From the IMG/VR virus record IMGVR_UViG_3300021431_000118, positions 5,530 through 69,529 of that record: 64,000 bases of DNA; one strand, given 5' to 3'. Within the stretch, counting starts at the first letter, position 1; every line of letters starts with the position of its first letter. Origin of the DNA: a virus (lineage: Duplodnaviria; Caudoviricetes). Made by a program: the position numbers and the translations under genes. The notes below the pieces were generated by a model, which did no database searches, was not told where the DNA came from, and saw only the letters and a program-made list of their open reading frames with translations. Of this stretch, positions 19,501-29,400 are shown piece after piece.

Positions 19501-22500
19501 TATTGAGGCGTCCGCTGCACAGGACGCGATGACCGCTATTATCAAAGCATTCGATAAAAATGTCAGTGATGTTGAAGATGTTATGGATAAACTGGTCGTT
19601 GTCGGTAACAACTTCCCGATCAGCGTATCGCAGCTTGCCGAAGGTATGAACAACGCAGGCAGCGTACTGCATGTCGCCGGCAACTCATTTGAGGAATCGC
19701 TGGCGCTCTTAACAGCTGCCAACACCACTGTACAGAATATCAGCAAGGCGTCCACCGGTCTGAGAACCATCGCGGCGCGTATCCGTAAGATGGACACAGA
19801 AGACGGCGAGATCGTCGAAGAGTCCAAATACAACGAGATGGTCAAGGCACTTACGCAGCACAATGTTGCGCTGGTAGACGCCAACGGCGAGTATCGGAAG
19901 ACATACGACATAATCAAAGATATTGCGGCTGTATGGGACGATCTGACTACCATGCAGCAGGCCGCGGTATCCGAGGCGCTTTCCGGATCACGTCAGCAGA
20001 ACATCTTCTCAAGCTTAATCACACAGTTCGGCGAAGCAGAAAAAGCGATGGGCAGAATGCAAGATTCTGCCGGGCAGTTACAAGAGTCCTACGATATTTA
20101 CCTCGACAGCATCAAGGCGCATACCAACCAAATGAAGGCTGCGTTCGATGAGCTTTCCAGAGACTTTGTAGACAGCGGGTTTGCAAAAGGTGTTGTAGAT
20201 GTACTCACGAAGATCATTGAGTGCCTCGATTTCATCGTCAGCCGTCTCGGCGGCATCGGGACAGTTCTGAGTACAGGTGCGATTGTCGGTATCATAAAGT
20301 TAATTAAAAACGGAGGAATCGTAGCAACTCTTGCGAAGATCCCAAAGTTGGCGGTCGAGATGCAGTCCGCCATGATAGCGGCGAAGCTCACCGGGGAGTC
20401 TGCGCTTGGTCTTGTATTGGCTGCACATCCTGTGGTCGTCGGCGTGACGATCGCTATCGCCGCTTTAGCAGCTGCTCTCTATGTCATGAAGAAACGCAAC
20501 GACGCGTTACACCCGTCGCTTAAACAGCTCAAGAAGGACCTGGAGGAGGCTGAGGGGAAAGCGGACTCGCTCAAGGGATCTATCGACACGAATAACAGCC
20601 GGATTGAAGAGTTGTATAAACTGCAGGAATCCGGGGATATGACTCTCGCAGACGAGGAAGAACTTAGCCGGCTGAAACGTGAAAACAAGCTGCTTGAGAT
20701 ACAGCTTGAGATTGAGCGCGGCATCGTCCAGGCGAGAAAAGAGGCTATCCGGGAAAGCGTGAACCAGGAGCTGGATACTTTCTTTGCTCCCGGGACAGAT
20801 GAAAAACGCTACTGGGGTCTCGAAGAAGATGATTATACTATCATCCATCATAACTCCGGCGCTGAGAACGTAAAAGCAGCTATAGACGACTACACAAGAC
20901 TATCCGATGCCATAAATGCCGTTCAGGATAAAAGCATCATATTGAACGATGAGCTGCTGAAAAAGCAGCAGGAGTATGCAGAGGTAACAGCGGAGGTTGG
21001 CGAAGAGGCGGCAAAACAGCTTCCTATCTATGAAGAGATAAAAGGGCTCGAAACAGAAATAAAGGAGCTGGACAAGCAGCGAATATCTTTGTCTTCCGAA
21101 GAAGTGAGTAACCGCCAGTATCTGTTGGAGAGGCAGAAAGAGCTGGCGCAGCATATCTATGATCTCAACGATGCAACCGATCCAGAATCACTTGCGCACC
21201 TCGAACAGCTTAAGGAGCTGTTCGATGAAATTGACGAAGTACTCCATGTTAACGATACAGCTTTGGAGAAGTTCAAGCGCCGCCTGGATAAAGTTACTGA
21301 GGCTGTAACCGATGAACTTGGCAAGAGCCTGGACGAGCTGTCTGATGACGACTCGACAAGAATCCTTACTGAGTTGATGAATAAATACGGTTATTCCATC
21401 GATGATGTGACGAAGTATATGCACGCGTTAGCCGAGGCGACGAAGGCTAACGGTAATGCTGCTAAAGATAGTATTGCGAAATACGGCTCATTCAAGGATG
21501 AGGTAAACGAAGCGACAGCCGCCCTGAACGCATATGAAGAGGCAATGAAGGGCGGAGAGAAAGACGACGCAATCAAGAAGTTCCAGGAAATCTATCAGGA
21601 GGCCATGGAGGATTTCAAGGCTGGCAAGGTAGATTCCAACAGAGTTCACCAGTTAGCGGAATTAATGTTCTCTGACGAACAACTCGCGGCAATGGACTAT
21701 GATATTGCAGAGATCGGGAAACGCATGCAGAGCGATCTTTTCCAGTCGCTGTTCGGGCCTGACACGAAAACTCAAAAAGTCGCTTCGCAGCGCATGATGG
21801 AATATATCCAGCAGCATGCGGCTGACTTTGATGGTATCGCGAAAGTTACCAAAACATCTAACGGCGGGTTCCAGTTTGTCTATGAAGACGTAAAGAAACT
21901 TGCTGACGCGTTAGGTGTCTCCGAGAATGTCATGAACATGCTTCTAAGCCAGTGGGATATGTACGGCGTCAACGTTATGCGCAGCAGGCAGGACGTCGAG
22001 AAGATTGCCGATGGTTATCGGAAGCTTGTTGGTGAAACCAAAGACGCGAGGGCTGCAGTGAAGCAGATGATCGCCGATCTGCGAGCCGAAGGCAATGACG
22101 ATCTGGATATTGCGCGTGTTCTGAAGGATCTCTCGGAAGACGGGACAATCCCGCTCTCCTTTGCAGAAATCAAGCAGATGATCGCCGGAGTTGGAGACGA
22201 GACCGATACAGTAAACCAGAAGATGCAGGAAGTCGACAAGCAGGAAGCGAACCCAAAAGTCGGTGCAAATACTGACGAGTATTACCGTAAGCTTGACGGT
22301 ATTATCAGCAGTATGCGCAGGCTGAATAACATGCATGCATCTCCGAAAATTGATCTCGACGACGGGTCCGGCCCGAGTCAAAAGGCAAGCTCAAGTCATA
22401 CGCAGGATGTAAGCAAACACGCCAAAGGGACAAAACATGCAAAAGAGGGGCTCTCGCTTGTAAACGAAGAGGGACCGGAACTTATATCCAATAACGGCGA

Positions 22501-25069
22501 AGCGTATATCGCAAATGACGGAGATCCAGGATTTACCTATCTTGAAGAGGGCGCAATTGTCTTTAATGCCAGGGATACCAAGAAGATATTGTCCGGAAAG
22601 AAACTTGCGCATCCGGTGGCAGCAAATTCAGAGGGGACAGACAGAGCATCCTTGAGAAACAGGTTGCTGAGCGGCGGCAGTACGCCGGCGTTTCGCCAGG
22701 CTGTCGGCGTTGCCGGAGATGAAAAGTGGATCTGCCCATACTGCGGGACGGTAAACGGAGCCGGACGATCAAAGTGCCGCAATGCGAACTGCCCTTCAAA
22801 CAGAGGACCGGGGAACGGGAGGATTACTCCTCAGGATCCTGGCTGGATTTGCTTTTCTTGTGGCGCGTGGAATGCAAGCACGCGGTCAAAATGCAGCAAC
22901 CCGAATTGTTACACAAACAAGCCTCCGGTTACGGGTGTCAGGCCAACACGACCAAGCAATTCGGCAACAAATGATCCAATACAGGATGGCGCTCCGATCT
23001 GGGTTCCGCCAAACAATGATAATAACAGTAGCAGCGGGTACGGCGGATACAATGATCAGGAACCGCCGGAGCCACAGAAGTTTGACTGGATCGAGGTCAG
23101 GCTCAACCGGATCAATCGTATTATTGAGAATCTCCGCAAAGTCACGGACAACATCTTCAAGAAGCTCCCGGACCGTATGGAAGCATCGCGGAAGGGTATC
23201 CGCGAAATGCAGAGAGAGCTGGATACACTGGATGAAGCGGCTGAACGGTATATGCGGGAGGCGGATAATGTCGGGCTGGATGCCAGTCTGGCAAGGCGTG
23301 TACGCGAAGGTGCGATTGATATCAATGAGTATGACGAGGAGACTCGGAAACTCATAGATGAATATAAGCAATGGTATGAGAAGAGCCTCGAATGCCGGGA
23401 CGCCATCGACGATCTGCACACGAGCATTGCGGAACTGTACCAGGAAGACTTCAACATTGTTCAGACGGACTTTGAGAACAAGCTCGCCATGATCGAACAC
23501 GAGAGTGAGATGATCAATAAGAACATCGACATGATCTCGCAGAAGGGTTATCTGGACAGTGCGCTCTACTACGAGGATCTGATGGGTCTGCAGGCGGAGA
23601 GCATCCACACCATGAAAGAAGAACTGGCGGACCTGAACGAATACTTCGACGAAGCGATGAAATCCGGCGAGATCGAGGAGGAATCCGAAGCCTGGTATGA
23701 GATGAAGCAGAGCATCAACGAGGTGGAGGAGGCCATCGCCGACGCGAATATCCAGATGGTGGAGTATCAAAAGACGATCCGGCAGATCAACTGGGATACC
23801 TTTGACTACGCACAGGATCGCTTCGGGCAGCTGACGCAGGAGGCAAACTTCCTGATCAATCTCATGTCGAAGAACAAGCTCTTCGATGACCGCGGGCAGT
23901 TCAACGACAGCGGCATGGCAACGCTCGGTATGCGGGCGGTGAACTTCAATGCCTATATGGCGCAGGCTGACGCTTACGCTGCGGAGATGGCAAAGATCGA
24001 ACAGGATATCGCATCTGATCCGTACGACACGGAACTGATCGCACGGCGCGAGGCGCTGCTGCAGCTGCAGCAGCAGAGCATCATCTCTGCTGAAGGCGAG
24101 AAGAGCGCGATCAAGGATCTGGTATCCCAGGGAATTGACGCGGAGCTCAGCGCCCTGAAGGAACTGATCGACGCGTACAACGAGAGCCTGGACAGCGCGA
24201 AAGACCTCTACGAGTATCAGAAAAAGATCTCCGAGAAGTCCAAGACGGTCGCGGATATCCAGAAGCAGATCTCGGCCTACACGCAGGACAACTCTGAGGA
24301 GACGCGCGCCAAGGTGCAGAAGCTCAACCAGGATCTGGCGAAGGCCGAGCAGGATCTCCGGGAGACGGAGAACGAGCAGGCGGTCGCAGAGACAAAGAAG
24401 ATTCTGGACGATGTATACAACGAGTACGAGGCGATGCTGAACCGGCGTCTGGACGACATCAACGCCCTAATGACGGATATGATCGCCATGACGAACGAGA
24501 ACTCCGACAGAATCCAGGGAGAGATCACGCGGGCCGGCGAGCAGGTCGGCTACTCGGTATCCGAGGATCTGACGAACGTGCTGCAGACGCAGGTGGCAAA
24601 CTACGACAAAATGTTCCTCGGCATCACCGGGGTGCACGATGTCCTGAACAACATCTACGACATGGTGGCGGCGATGGCCCGGGAGAGCGGCGCCGTGAAG
24701 GCGTACGCAACGGGCGGCCTGATCGACAGCACGGGGCTGCAGATGTTCCACGGTACGAAGAACAGGCCGGAGCTGGTACTGAACGCGACGGATACGCAGA
24801 ACTTCCTCGCGGCGGCAAAGCTGATGCGGGAGATGAACGGGCTCGGCGGCATGATGGGCGCGAACCTGGGACTGCGGAGCACCGGCACGGAAGGAGGCAC
24901 GGCGATCGGAGCGATCAACCTGACGGTGCTGATCGATCACGTGCAGGACTACAACGACTTTGTCACGCAGCTGCGTGATGATCCAAAATTTGAAAAGCTG
25001 ATCACGTCAATCGCAGTGGATCCCCTGTCTGGGAAGAGTCCATTCCGAAAGAACAGAATCAGCTTCTGA
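16535..25069 (+). CDS. Tail tape measure protein (2844 aa)
   Basis: Helical Ala-rich giant. TP901-type core (AVELDSAM..LQIVT...YARLGYS). TMP C-terminal motifs HAKG..NEEGPELI and YATGG...PELVLN. Confidence 0.95.
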   Translation: MSKKVSKREIIINTNEKEVERLKAALLEADRVVDELNADLEKTKNENASLNDYIGNKGWINDVIALKAELRNFKQTSQVAKQELQSFLETANLVTGDGSVDVRFKELFQNLEKGAMTVGQAMAKIKTDYAHLFQENFGKTGGVFDVRIFQNLDAALKNVSETLTVVLQKVEQIQTEGVKTSGGGGGGGSAVNIAQMFDQIRASAEQMSETANHSLDNISNLVGALGKYATLSETKLLAVSQAFRNMADLHSGSFSSGSVDNIIKLAKGLTELYKPYGSSLKFDFTGLKDFKVSPTIKHLNEFLNQVTGDQIAMLERIGKVDLANISTMKGGTTFQHLNTLMQSVSGDGIQKLKEIGTINLDNLANIKLSKAVVDNLLRLFNETGGGSALSGLIDAAKATEDFGNKSSKAAKQTDELRQKITEITHVEEVAAQDIEHEALAVEQMSERTSNASTALVVYNRELNNVAGTIAGSHLLADLMAAAQARQQQAATNAAYAQELYRLAMERTTLSSSNASTALVVYNSELNNVAGTIAGAHLLADLMAAAQARQQQAAMNAAAAQELYRLAMERTVQTLEVYRQTMGSAMAASGTPALPAGTGTPTGTIIDGEFRDIETDTQAKKENAEATREAAEATKQFRMSRTGINQEFADAIRDMENAAAAQRDLTDAERAGAAALEEETASQRQYDQAMATVANTLKNVQKEKDRLANTNGGTQREEYRELVELEKKLQNLRANGDNMPYGALLDRIAELKRSLSETLQTMNLFTMETKNNEAAARAAAQAERERQQALESDRKAYEQAQKTLVRVTGELEKWTKAQKDPATKQHYENIQRLKGELERLIASYDPSKPQNFAQALKGINSQLVTHETAIKKSGNAVRSYFSNGMSMLKSRLTYTLGLANIVMKTVNEIKKMISTAVELDSAMNTLQIVTRASGDDMEQYGKRVSAMAKETAQATKDLIDATTVYARLGYSMEDSGTLAKYTAMLQGVGGIEASAAQDAMTAIIKAFDKNVSDVEDVMDKLVVVGNNFPISVSQLAEGMNNAGSVLHVAGNSFEESLALLTAANTTVQNISKASTGLRTIAARIRKMDTEDGEIVEESKYNEMVKALTQHNVALVDANGEYRKTYDIIKDIAAVWDDLTTMQQAAVSEALSGSRQQNIFSSLITQFGEAEKAMGRMQDSAGQLQESYDIYLDSIKAHTNQMKAAFDELSRDFVDSGFAKGVVDVLTKIIECLDFIVSRLGGIGTVLSTGAIVGIIKLIKNGGIVATLAKIPKLAVEMQSAMIAAKLTGESALGLVLAAHPVVVGVTIAIAALAAALYVMKKRNDALHPSLKQLKKDLEEAEGKADSLKGSIDTNNSRIEELYKLQESGDMTLADEEELSRLKRENKLLEIQLEIERGIVQARKEAIRESVNQELDTFFAPGTDEKRYWGLEEDDYTIIHHNSGAENVKAAIDDYTRLSDAINAVQDKSIILNDELLKKQQEYAEVTAEVGEEAAKQLPIYEEIKGLETEIKELDKQRISLSSEEVSNRQYLLERQKELAQHIYDLNDATDPESLAHLEQLKELFDEIDEVLHVNDTALEKFKRRLDKVTEAVTDELGKSLDELSDDDSTRILTELMNKYGYSIDDVTKYMHALAEATKANGNAAKDSIAKYGSFKDEVNEATAALNAYEEAMKGGEKDDAIKKFQEIYQEAMEDFKAGKVDSNRVHQLAELMFSDEQLAAMDYDIAEIGKRMQSDLFQSLFGPDTKTQKVASQRMMEYIQQHAADFDGIAKVTKTSNGGFQFVYEDVKKLADALGVSENVMNMLLSQWDMYGVNVMRSRQDVEKIADGYRKLVGETKDARAAVKQMIADLRAEGNDDLDIARVLKDLSEDGTIPLSFAEIKQMIAGVGDETDTVNQKMQEVDKQEANPKVGANTDEYYRKLDGIISSMRRLNNMHASPKIDLDDGSGPSQKASSSHTQDVSKHAKGTKHAKEGLSLVNEEGPELISNNGEAYIANDGDPGFTYLEEGAIVFNARDTKKILSGKKLAHPVAANSEGTDRASLRNRLLSGGSTPAFRQAVGVAGDEKWICPYCGTVNGAGRSKCRNANCPSNRGPGNGRITPQDPGWICFSCGAWNASTRSKCSNPNCYTNKPPVTGVRPTRPSNSATNDPIQDGAPIWVPPNNDNNSSSGYGGYNDQEPPEPQKFDWIEVRLNRINRIIENLRKVTDNIFKKLPDRMEASRKGIREMQRELDTLDEAAERYMREADNVGLDASLARRVREGAIDINEYDEETRKLIDEYKQWYEKSLECRDAIDDLHTSIAELYQEDFNIVQTDFENKLAMIEHESEMINKNIDMISQKGYLDSALYYEDLMGLQAESIHTMKEELADLNEYFDEAMKSGEIEEESEAWYEMKQSINEVEEAIADANIQMVEYQKTIRQINWDTFDYAQDRFGQLTQEANFLINLMSKNKLFDDRGQFNDSGMATLGMRAVNFNAYMAQADAYAAEMAKIEQDIASDPYDTELIARREALLQLQQQSIISAEGEKSAIKDLVSQGIDAELSALKELIDAYNESLDSAKDLYEYQKKISEKSKTVADIQKQISAYTQDNSEETRAKVQKLNQDLAKAEQDLRETENEQAVAETKKILDDVYNEYEAMLNRRLDDINALMTDMIAMTNENSDRIQGEITRAGEQVGYSVSEDLTNVLQTQVANYDKMFLGITGVHDVLNNIYDMVAAMARESGAVKAYATGGLIDSTGLQMFHGTKNRPELVLNATDTQNFLAAAKLMREMNGLGGMMGANLGLRSTGTEGGTAIGAINLTVLIDHVQDYNDFVTQLRDDPKFEKLITSIAVDPLSGKSPFRKNRISF
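17876..18244 (+). repeat. Two in-frame 189-bp (63-codon) direct repeats in the TMP
   Basis: SNASTALVVYN.ELNNVAGTIAG.HLLADLMAAAQARQQQAA... occurs twice, units starting at 17876 and 18065. Confidence 0.95.
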
Positions 25070-25073
25070 GACT

Positions 25074-25101
25074 GAGGGGACGGCTAAGCGGCTGTCCCCT
25101 C
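25074..25101 (+). terminator. Hairpin after the TMP (weak terminator or processing site)
   Basis: GAGGGGACGGC-TAAGCG-GCTGTCCCCTC, no U-tract. Confidence 0.4.
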
Positions 25102-25123
25102 TCGGCATGAAAGGGGTAAAAGG

Positions 25124-25453
25124 ATGAACGCGGATTATGAAATTGTCGGACGGAGCAGGGGCACACGCCCCCGCACGGACAGGACGACAAAACTGGAACA
25201 GGAAAACAAAAGGCTCCGCATGGAGCTTGAACATACACAGGCGCGGCTGGAGGACATGACAAAGGCCAGAGACGCGCTGCAGGAGGCCATGGACAAATAC
25301 ATGTACGAATACTCCGAGCGCTATGAGGCGCTGGCGGAGGCGAGGATACAGTATGAGGACATGGTGAAACAGATCAGGGATCTGAAGAAGAAATACGACA
25401 GGGAGGCGGCGCAGTGGATTGCCGCAATCCGGAAAACTGGAAAGGCGGTGTGA
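25124..25453 (+). CDS. Coiled-coil hypothetical protein
   Basis: Heptad pattern, SD AAAGG. Confidence 0.7.
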   Translation: MNADYEIVGRSRGTRPRTDRTTKLEQENKRLRMELEHTQARLEDMTKARDALQEAMDKYMYEYSERYEALAEARIQYEDMVKQIRDLKKKYDREAAQWIAAIRKTGKAV

Positions 25454-25456
25454 GGC

Positions 25457-26275
25457 TTGTACGCCTACGATTTTGAATATGACGGAAAGCTGCTGAGCGA
25501 CTTCGGCTTTATTGTGGGCAGTCTGGACAACGGCGGCGGACTGGAGGACGGAAACAGCGGGTCGGAGATCAGCTTTGAGACTGCGTCTACTCGCGCGGGC
25601 AAACGCTGGTACGCGGTGGGCTCCAAGTATAACGCCTGTCTCTCGGCGGAATTCACGATCTGCAAGGATCCGAAGATCTTCCCGGAGGAGGAAATGGAGA
25701 TTACGGCAGACGAGTTCCGGGCGCTGAGCCGGTGGCTGAACCGGCGAGAGTATCTGTGGTTTCACGCCTTCGACTGGTGTGAGCCGGAGAAAGAGAAGGC
25801 ATGGTTCCGCGCAAGTTTCGGGCTTTCAAGGATGGACTTTGGCGGGGCGACCTACGGCATCAATCTGCACATGGAGACGGACGCGCCCTTCGGGTACGGA
25901 GAAGAAATCGAGGAGACGCTGGCGTTCACCGCCGGCGCGCTGACGCAGAGGCTGGCGGACTGGAACGACGAGATCGGCGAATGCTATCCCGTCATGGATA
26001 TCACCTGCGGGGAGGCCGGAACGCTGACGCTCAGCGACGACATCACGGGATGCATATGCACGGTGGAGAACTGCACGGCAGGAGAAGTGATCTCCCTGAG
26101 CGGAGACAGCATGATCATATCCTCCAGCAGTGACAGCCACGATATCGCAAACGACTTCAACTACGAGTTTTTCTGCTTTGGCAACACAATCGACGAGAGG
26201 GAGAACCAGATTACGGCGTCGATACCGTGCACGGTCTCTCTCCGGTACAGGCCAATCCGGAAGGACACGATCTGA
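25457..26275 (+). CDS. Distal tail protein (Dit)-like
   Basis: Post-TMP position. DFEYDG..LSDFG start, TDAPFGY motif, C-terminal ENQITAS.PC.VSLRYRP. Confidence 0.8.
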   Translation: MYAYDFEYDGKLLSDFGFIVGSLDNGGGLEDGNSGSEISFETASTRAGKRWYAVGSKYNACLSAEFTICKDPKIFPEEEMEITADEFRALSRWLNRREYLWFHAFDWCEPEKEKAWFRASFGLSRMDFGGATYGINLHMETDAPFGYGEEIEETLAFTAGALTQRLADWNDEIGECYPVMDITCGEAGTLTLSDDITGCICTVENCTAGEVISLSGDSMIISSSSDSHDIANDFNYEFFCFGNTIDERENQITASIPCTVSLRYRPIRKDTI

Positions 26276-26410
26276 ATATGAAAACACAACTGCTGAGAGT
26301 CGGGAGGAGGCACAGCAAAGCCGGTTCCTGCCGAAAGAGGACGAGCAGCGGAATGAGCGAGCTTTCCTGTCGCTACGGGGAAGCGAGAGAAAGGAGCCTG
26401 CAAGGACATC

Positions 26411-29400
26411 ATGGCAATCAATATCCGATTTGATACAGCGAACAACCCCATGCCGTCGCGTCTGATCCTCGCCACCAAATCCGGGAGCAGAATCCGGGAG
26501 CTGCCGATGAACGAGGTAAAGTTCCGGGAGGGGCTGATGGACGGCTCGGAGTTTTCCTTCAAGGTATACAAGAAGCGCTGCCTGAACCGCAGCGGTCAGG
26601 TGGACACGGGATTCTGGAAGAAGATTACGGACTTCAAGCTGGCCTACTGTCCGGAATTTGACATGTGGTATGAGCTGCATATCGACATCAACGAATCAAC
26701 AGAGATCGTAAAGACGGTGGAGGCCGTGTCGCTGGGCGAGGCGGAGACATCGCAGATCAACGTCTACGGCATGGAGGTCAACACAGAGGACGACATCGCC
26801 AGAGAAGACTATCAGCCGACGACGATCTTCTCGGCGACGAACAAGAACTGCTCGCTTGTAGACAGGCTCTTATACAAGGCGCCGCACTACCGCATTGCGC
26901 ATGTGGACGAGTCCCTCGCGAATATACAGAGAACCTTCCAGTTCGACAAGAAGAGCATGTACGACTGCTTCAAGGAGATCTCGGAGGAGATCGACTGTCT
27001 GGTGAAGATCGAGTGCGTAAAGGGCACGGACACGAAGATTGACAGGAAGATCAGCCTGTACGATCTGGAGAATTACTGTCTGGACTGCGGCAACCGTGGA
27101 GACTTTATCGGAACCTGCGACAAGTGCGGCAGCGACAACATCCGGCACGGCTACGGCGACGACACCAGCGTATATGTGTCGGTGGAGAATCTGGCGGAAG
27201 AGATCACCTATACGACAGACACGGACTCGGTGAAGAACTGTTTTAGACTGGAGGGCGGAGACGACCTGATGACGGCGACGATCATCAACTGCAACCCGAA
27301 CGGGAGCCAGTACATCTGGTATATCCCGGAGGAGCAGAAGGAGGACATGTCTCCGGAGCTGCGGCAGAAGCTGGACGACTACGACGAGATGTACACGCTG
27401 TACCAGTACGGCTACGGCTATACGCCGCCGGCGGAGCTGCTGAGCCAGTACAATCAGATCATCAACAAATACAGGCCGTTCAAGAGCGATCTGCAGGAAA
27501 TGCCTGTTACAACGGTAGGGTATCCGGCGCTGATGACGGCATACTATAACACCATCGATCTCCAGCTGTTCCTCAACAGCGGGCTGATGCCGAACGTGGA
27601 GATCGCCTCCACGGACGCGGCGACGGAGGCGGGCAAGCTGGACGCCCTGTCTCTCTCCCCTGTCGCGGTCTCCAAGGTGGAATCCTGCACGTCGGACACG
27701 GCGGCGAACGCGGCACTCGCCATGGCGAAATGTCTGGTGAGAGGATCCTTCGGCGTGAAGGTGAAGGACAGCGCGTACAATGCGGAGACGCATGTGTGGA
27801 CAGGAAACTTCACTGTTACAAACTACGGTGACGAGGAGGACAAGGCGGACTCCGAGACGGTGAGCCTGGAGATCACAGGCGACATGGAAGAATACATCAA
27901 GCAGAAGATGAAGCGGGCGATGAAAAAGGAATCCGACGACGTGACGGACATCTCACAGCTCTTCGCGCTGGAGATCAACCCCTTCTGCGATGAGCTGGAC
28001 AAATACTCCCTACAGCGGCTGATGTCCTTCCGGGACGCCTGTCAGGCGTCGATGGACATCCTGATCCAGCAGGGTGTGGCAGACCAGGAGAGCTGGGCGG
28101 CGACGGACAGCAACCTGTATCAGAACCTGTATCTCCCCTACCGGCAGAAAGCGTCGGCAATTGAGGACGAAATTCTGGAGCGGACGCAGGAGATCGCCGT
28201 GGTGGCTGGCGTCCGGGATGAGGACGGCAACGTACTGGTGGAAGGCATGCAGACGCTCATCGAGGAGACGCGTACGGAAATCCAGGGAATCCAGAACTTT
28301 GAAGAGTTCCTCGGTCCGGAGCTGTGGAACGAATTCGCGGCGTACCGGCGGGAGGATGTATACGAGAACTCAAACTACATCTCCGACGGGCTGAACAACG
28401 AACAGCTCTTCGCGAGAGCCATGCAGTTTGTGGAACTGGCGGAAAAGGAAATCTACTCATCCGCCACGCTGCAGCACTCGCTGACGGCGGACATGCACAA
28501 CCTGCTGGCGATGCGGGAATTCCAGCCGCTGACGGAGAAATTCGCCTGCGGGAACTGGATCCGCGTCCGGGCAGACGACAAGGTATACAGGCTGCGGCTC
28601 TCGGAATACTCGGTGGACTACAACAACTTCGGGCTGGATGTGGAATTCACGGATGTGAAGTTCGGACACAACACGGCCTCGGATATCCAGAGTCTGCTGC
28701 AGCAGGCACAGTCCATGTCCAGTTCCTACGGTTCCGTGACACGGCAGGCGGAGAAGGCCCGCAGGACAGAGCGCACTATGCGGACATGGGCGGAGGAAGG
28801 ATTCTCCCTCACGACGAAGATTGTGGGCGGAGCGGAGAATCAGGAATTCATCATGAACAACAGCGGCATCACAGGCCGCGAATATATACCGGAGACAGAG
28901 AGCTACTCCGACGAGCAGATCAAGATGATCAGCAGCGGGCTGTACATCACGGACGACGGCTGGCTGACGGCAAAGACGGGCGTCGGAAAATTCACCTTCG
29001 TGAATCCGAAGACGAACGTGGAAGAGACGCGCTACGGCGTGATCGCCGATCTGCTGGTGGGTAACATGGTACTGTCCCGGGAGGCCGGCATCTACAACGA
29101 CAACGGCAGCATCACCATGGACAACAATGGCTTCACGCTGATTACGGAGGCCGGAAACAACGCAAAGACATTCAGCATCATGCGGAAGGAACCGAACGGC
29201 ACGCTGAGCAACATTCTCAGCATCGACTCCAACGGCAGACTGCAGCTGAACAGCGACGACGTCTACGCGAGCATTGAGGGACAGATTGAGACAGTTGTCG
29301 GCGGCAACCATACAAGGTCGTTCACCGAACAGCCGACGCCGCCGTACAACGTCGGAGAAATCTGGTTCGACGGCGAGACGGGCAAGCTGTATACATGCAT

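Noticed and set aside
26290-26350. Hammerhead or c-di-GMP-I riboswitch resemblance (CTGCTGAG..CGAAA; GCAAAG..GAAA..GGACG)
   Set aside because: Core nucleotides and stem pairing do not fit either consensus
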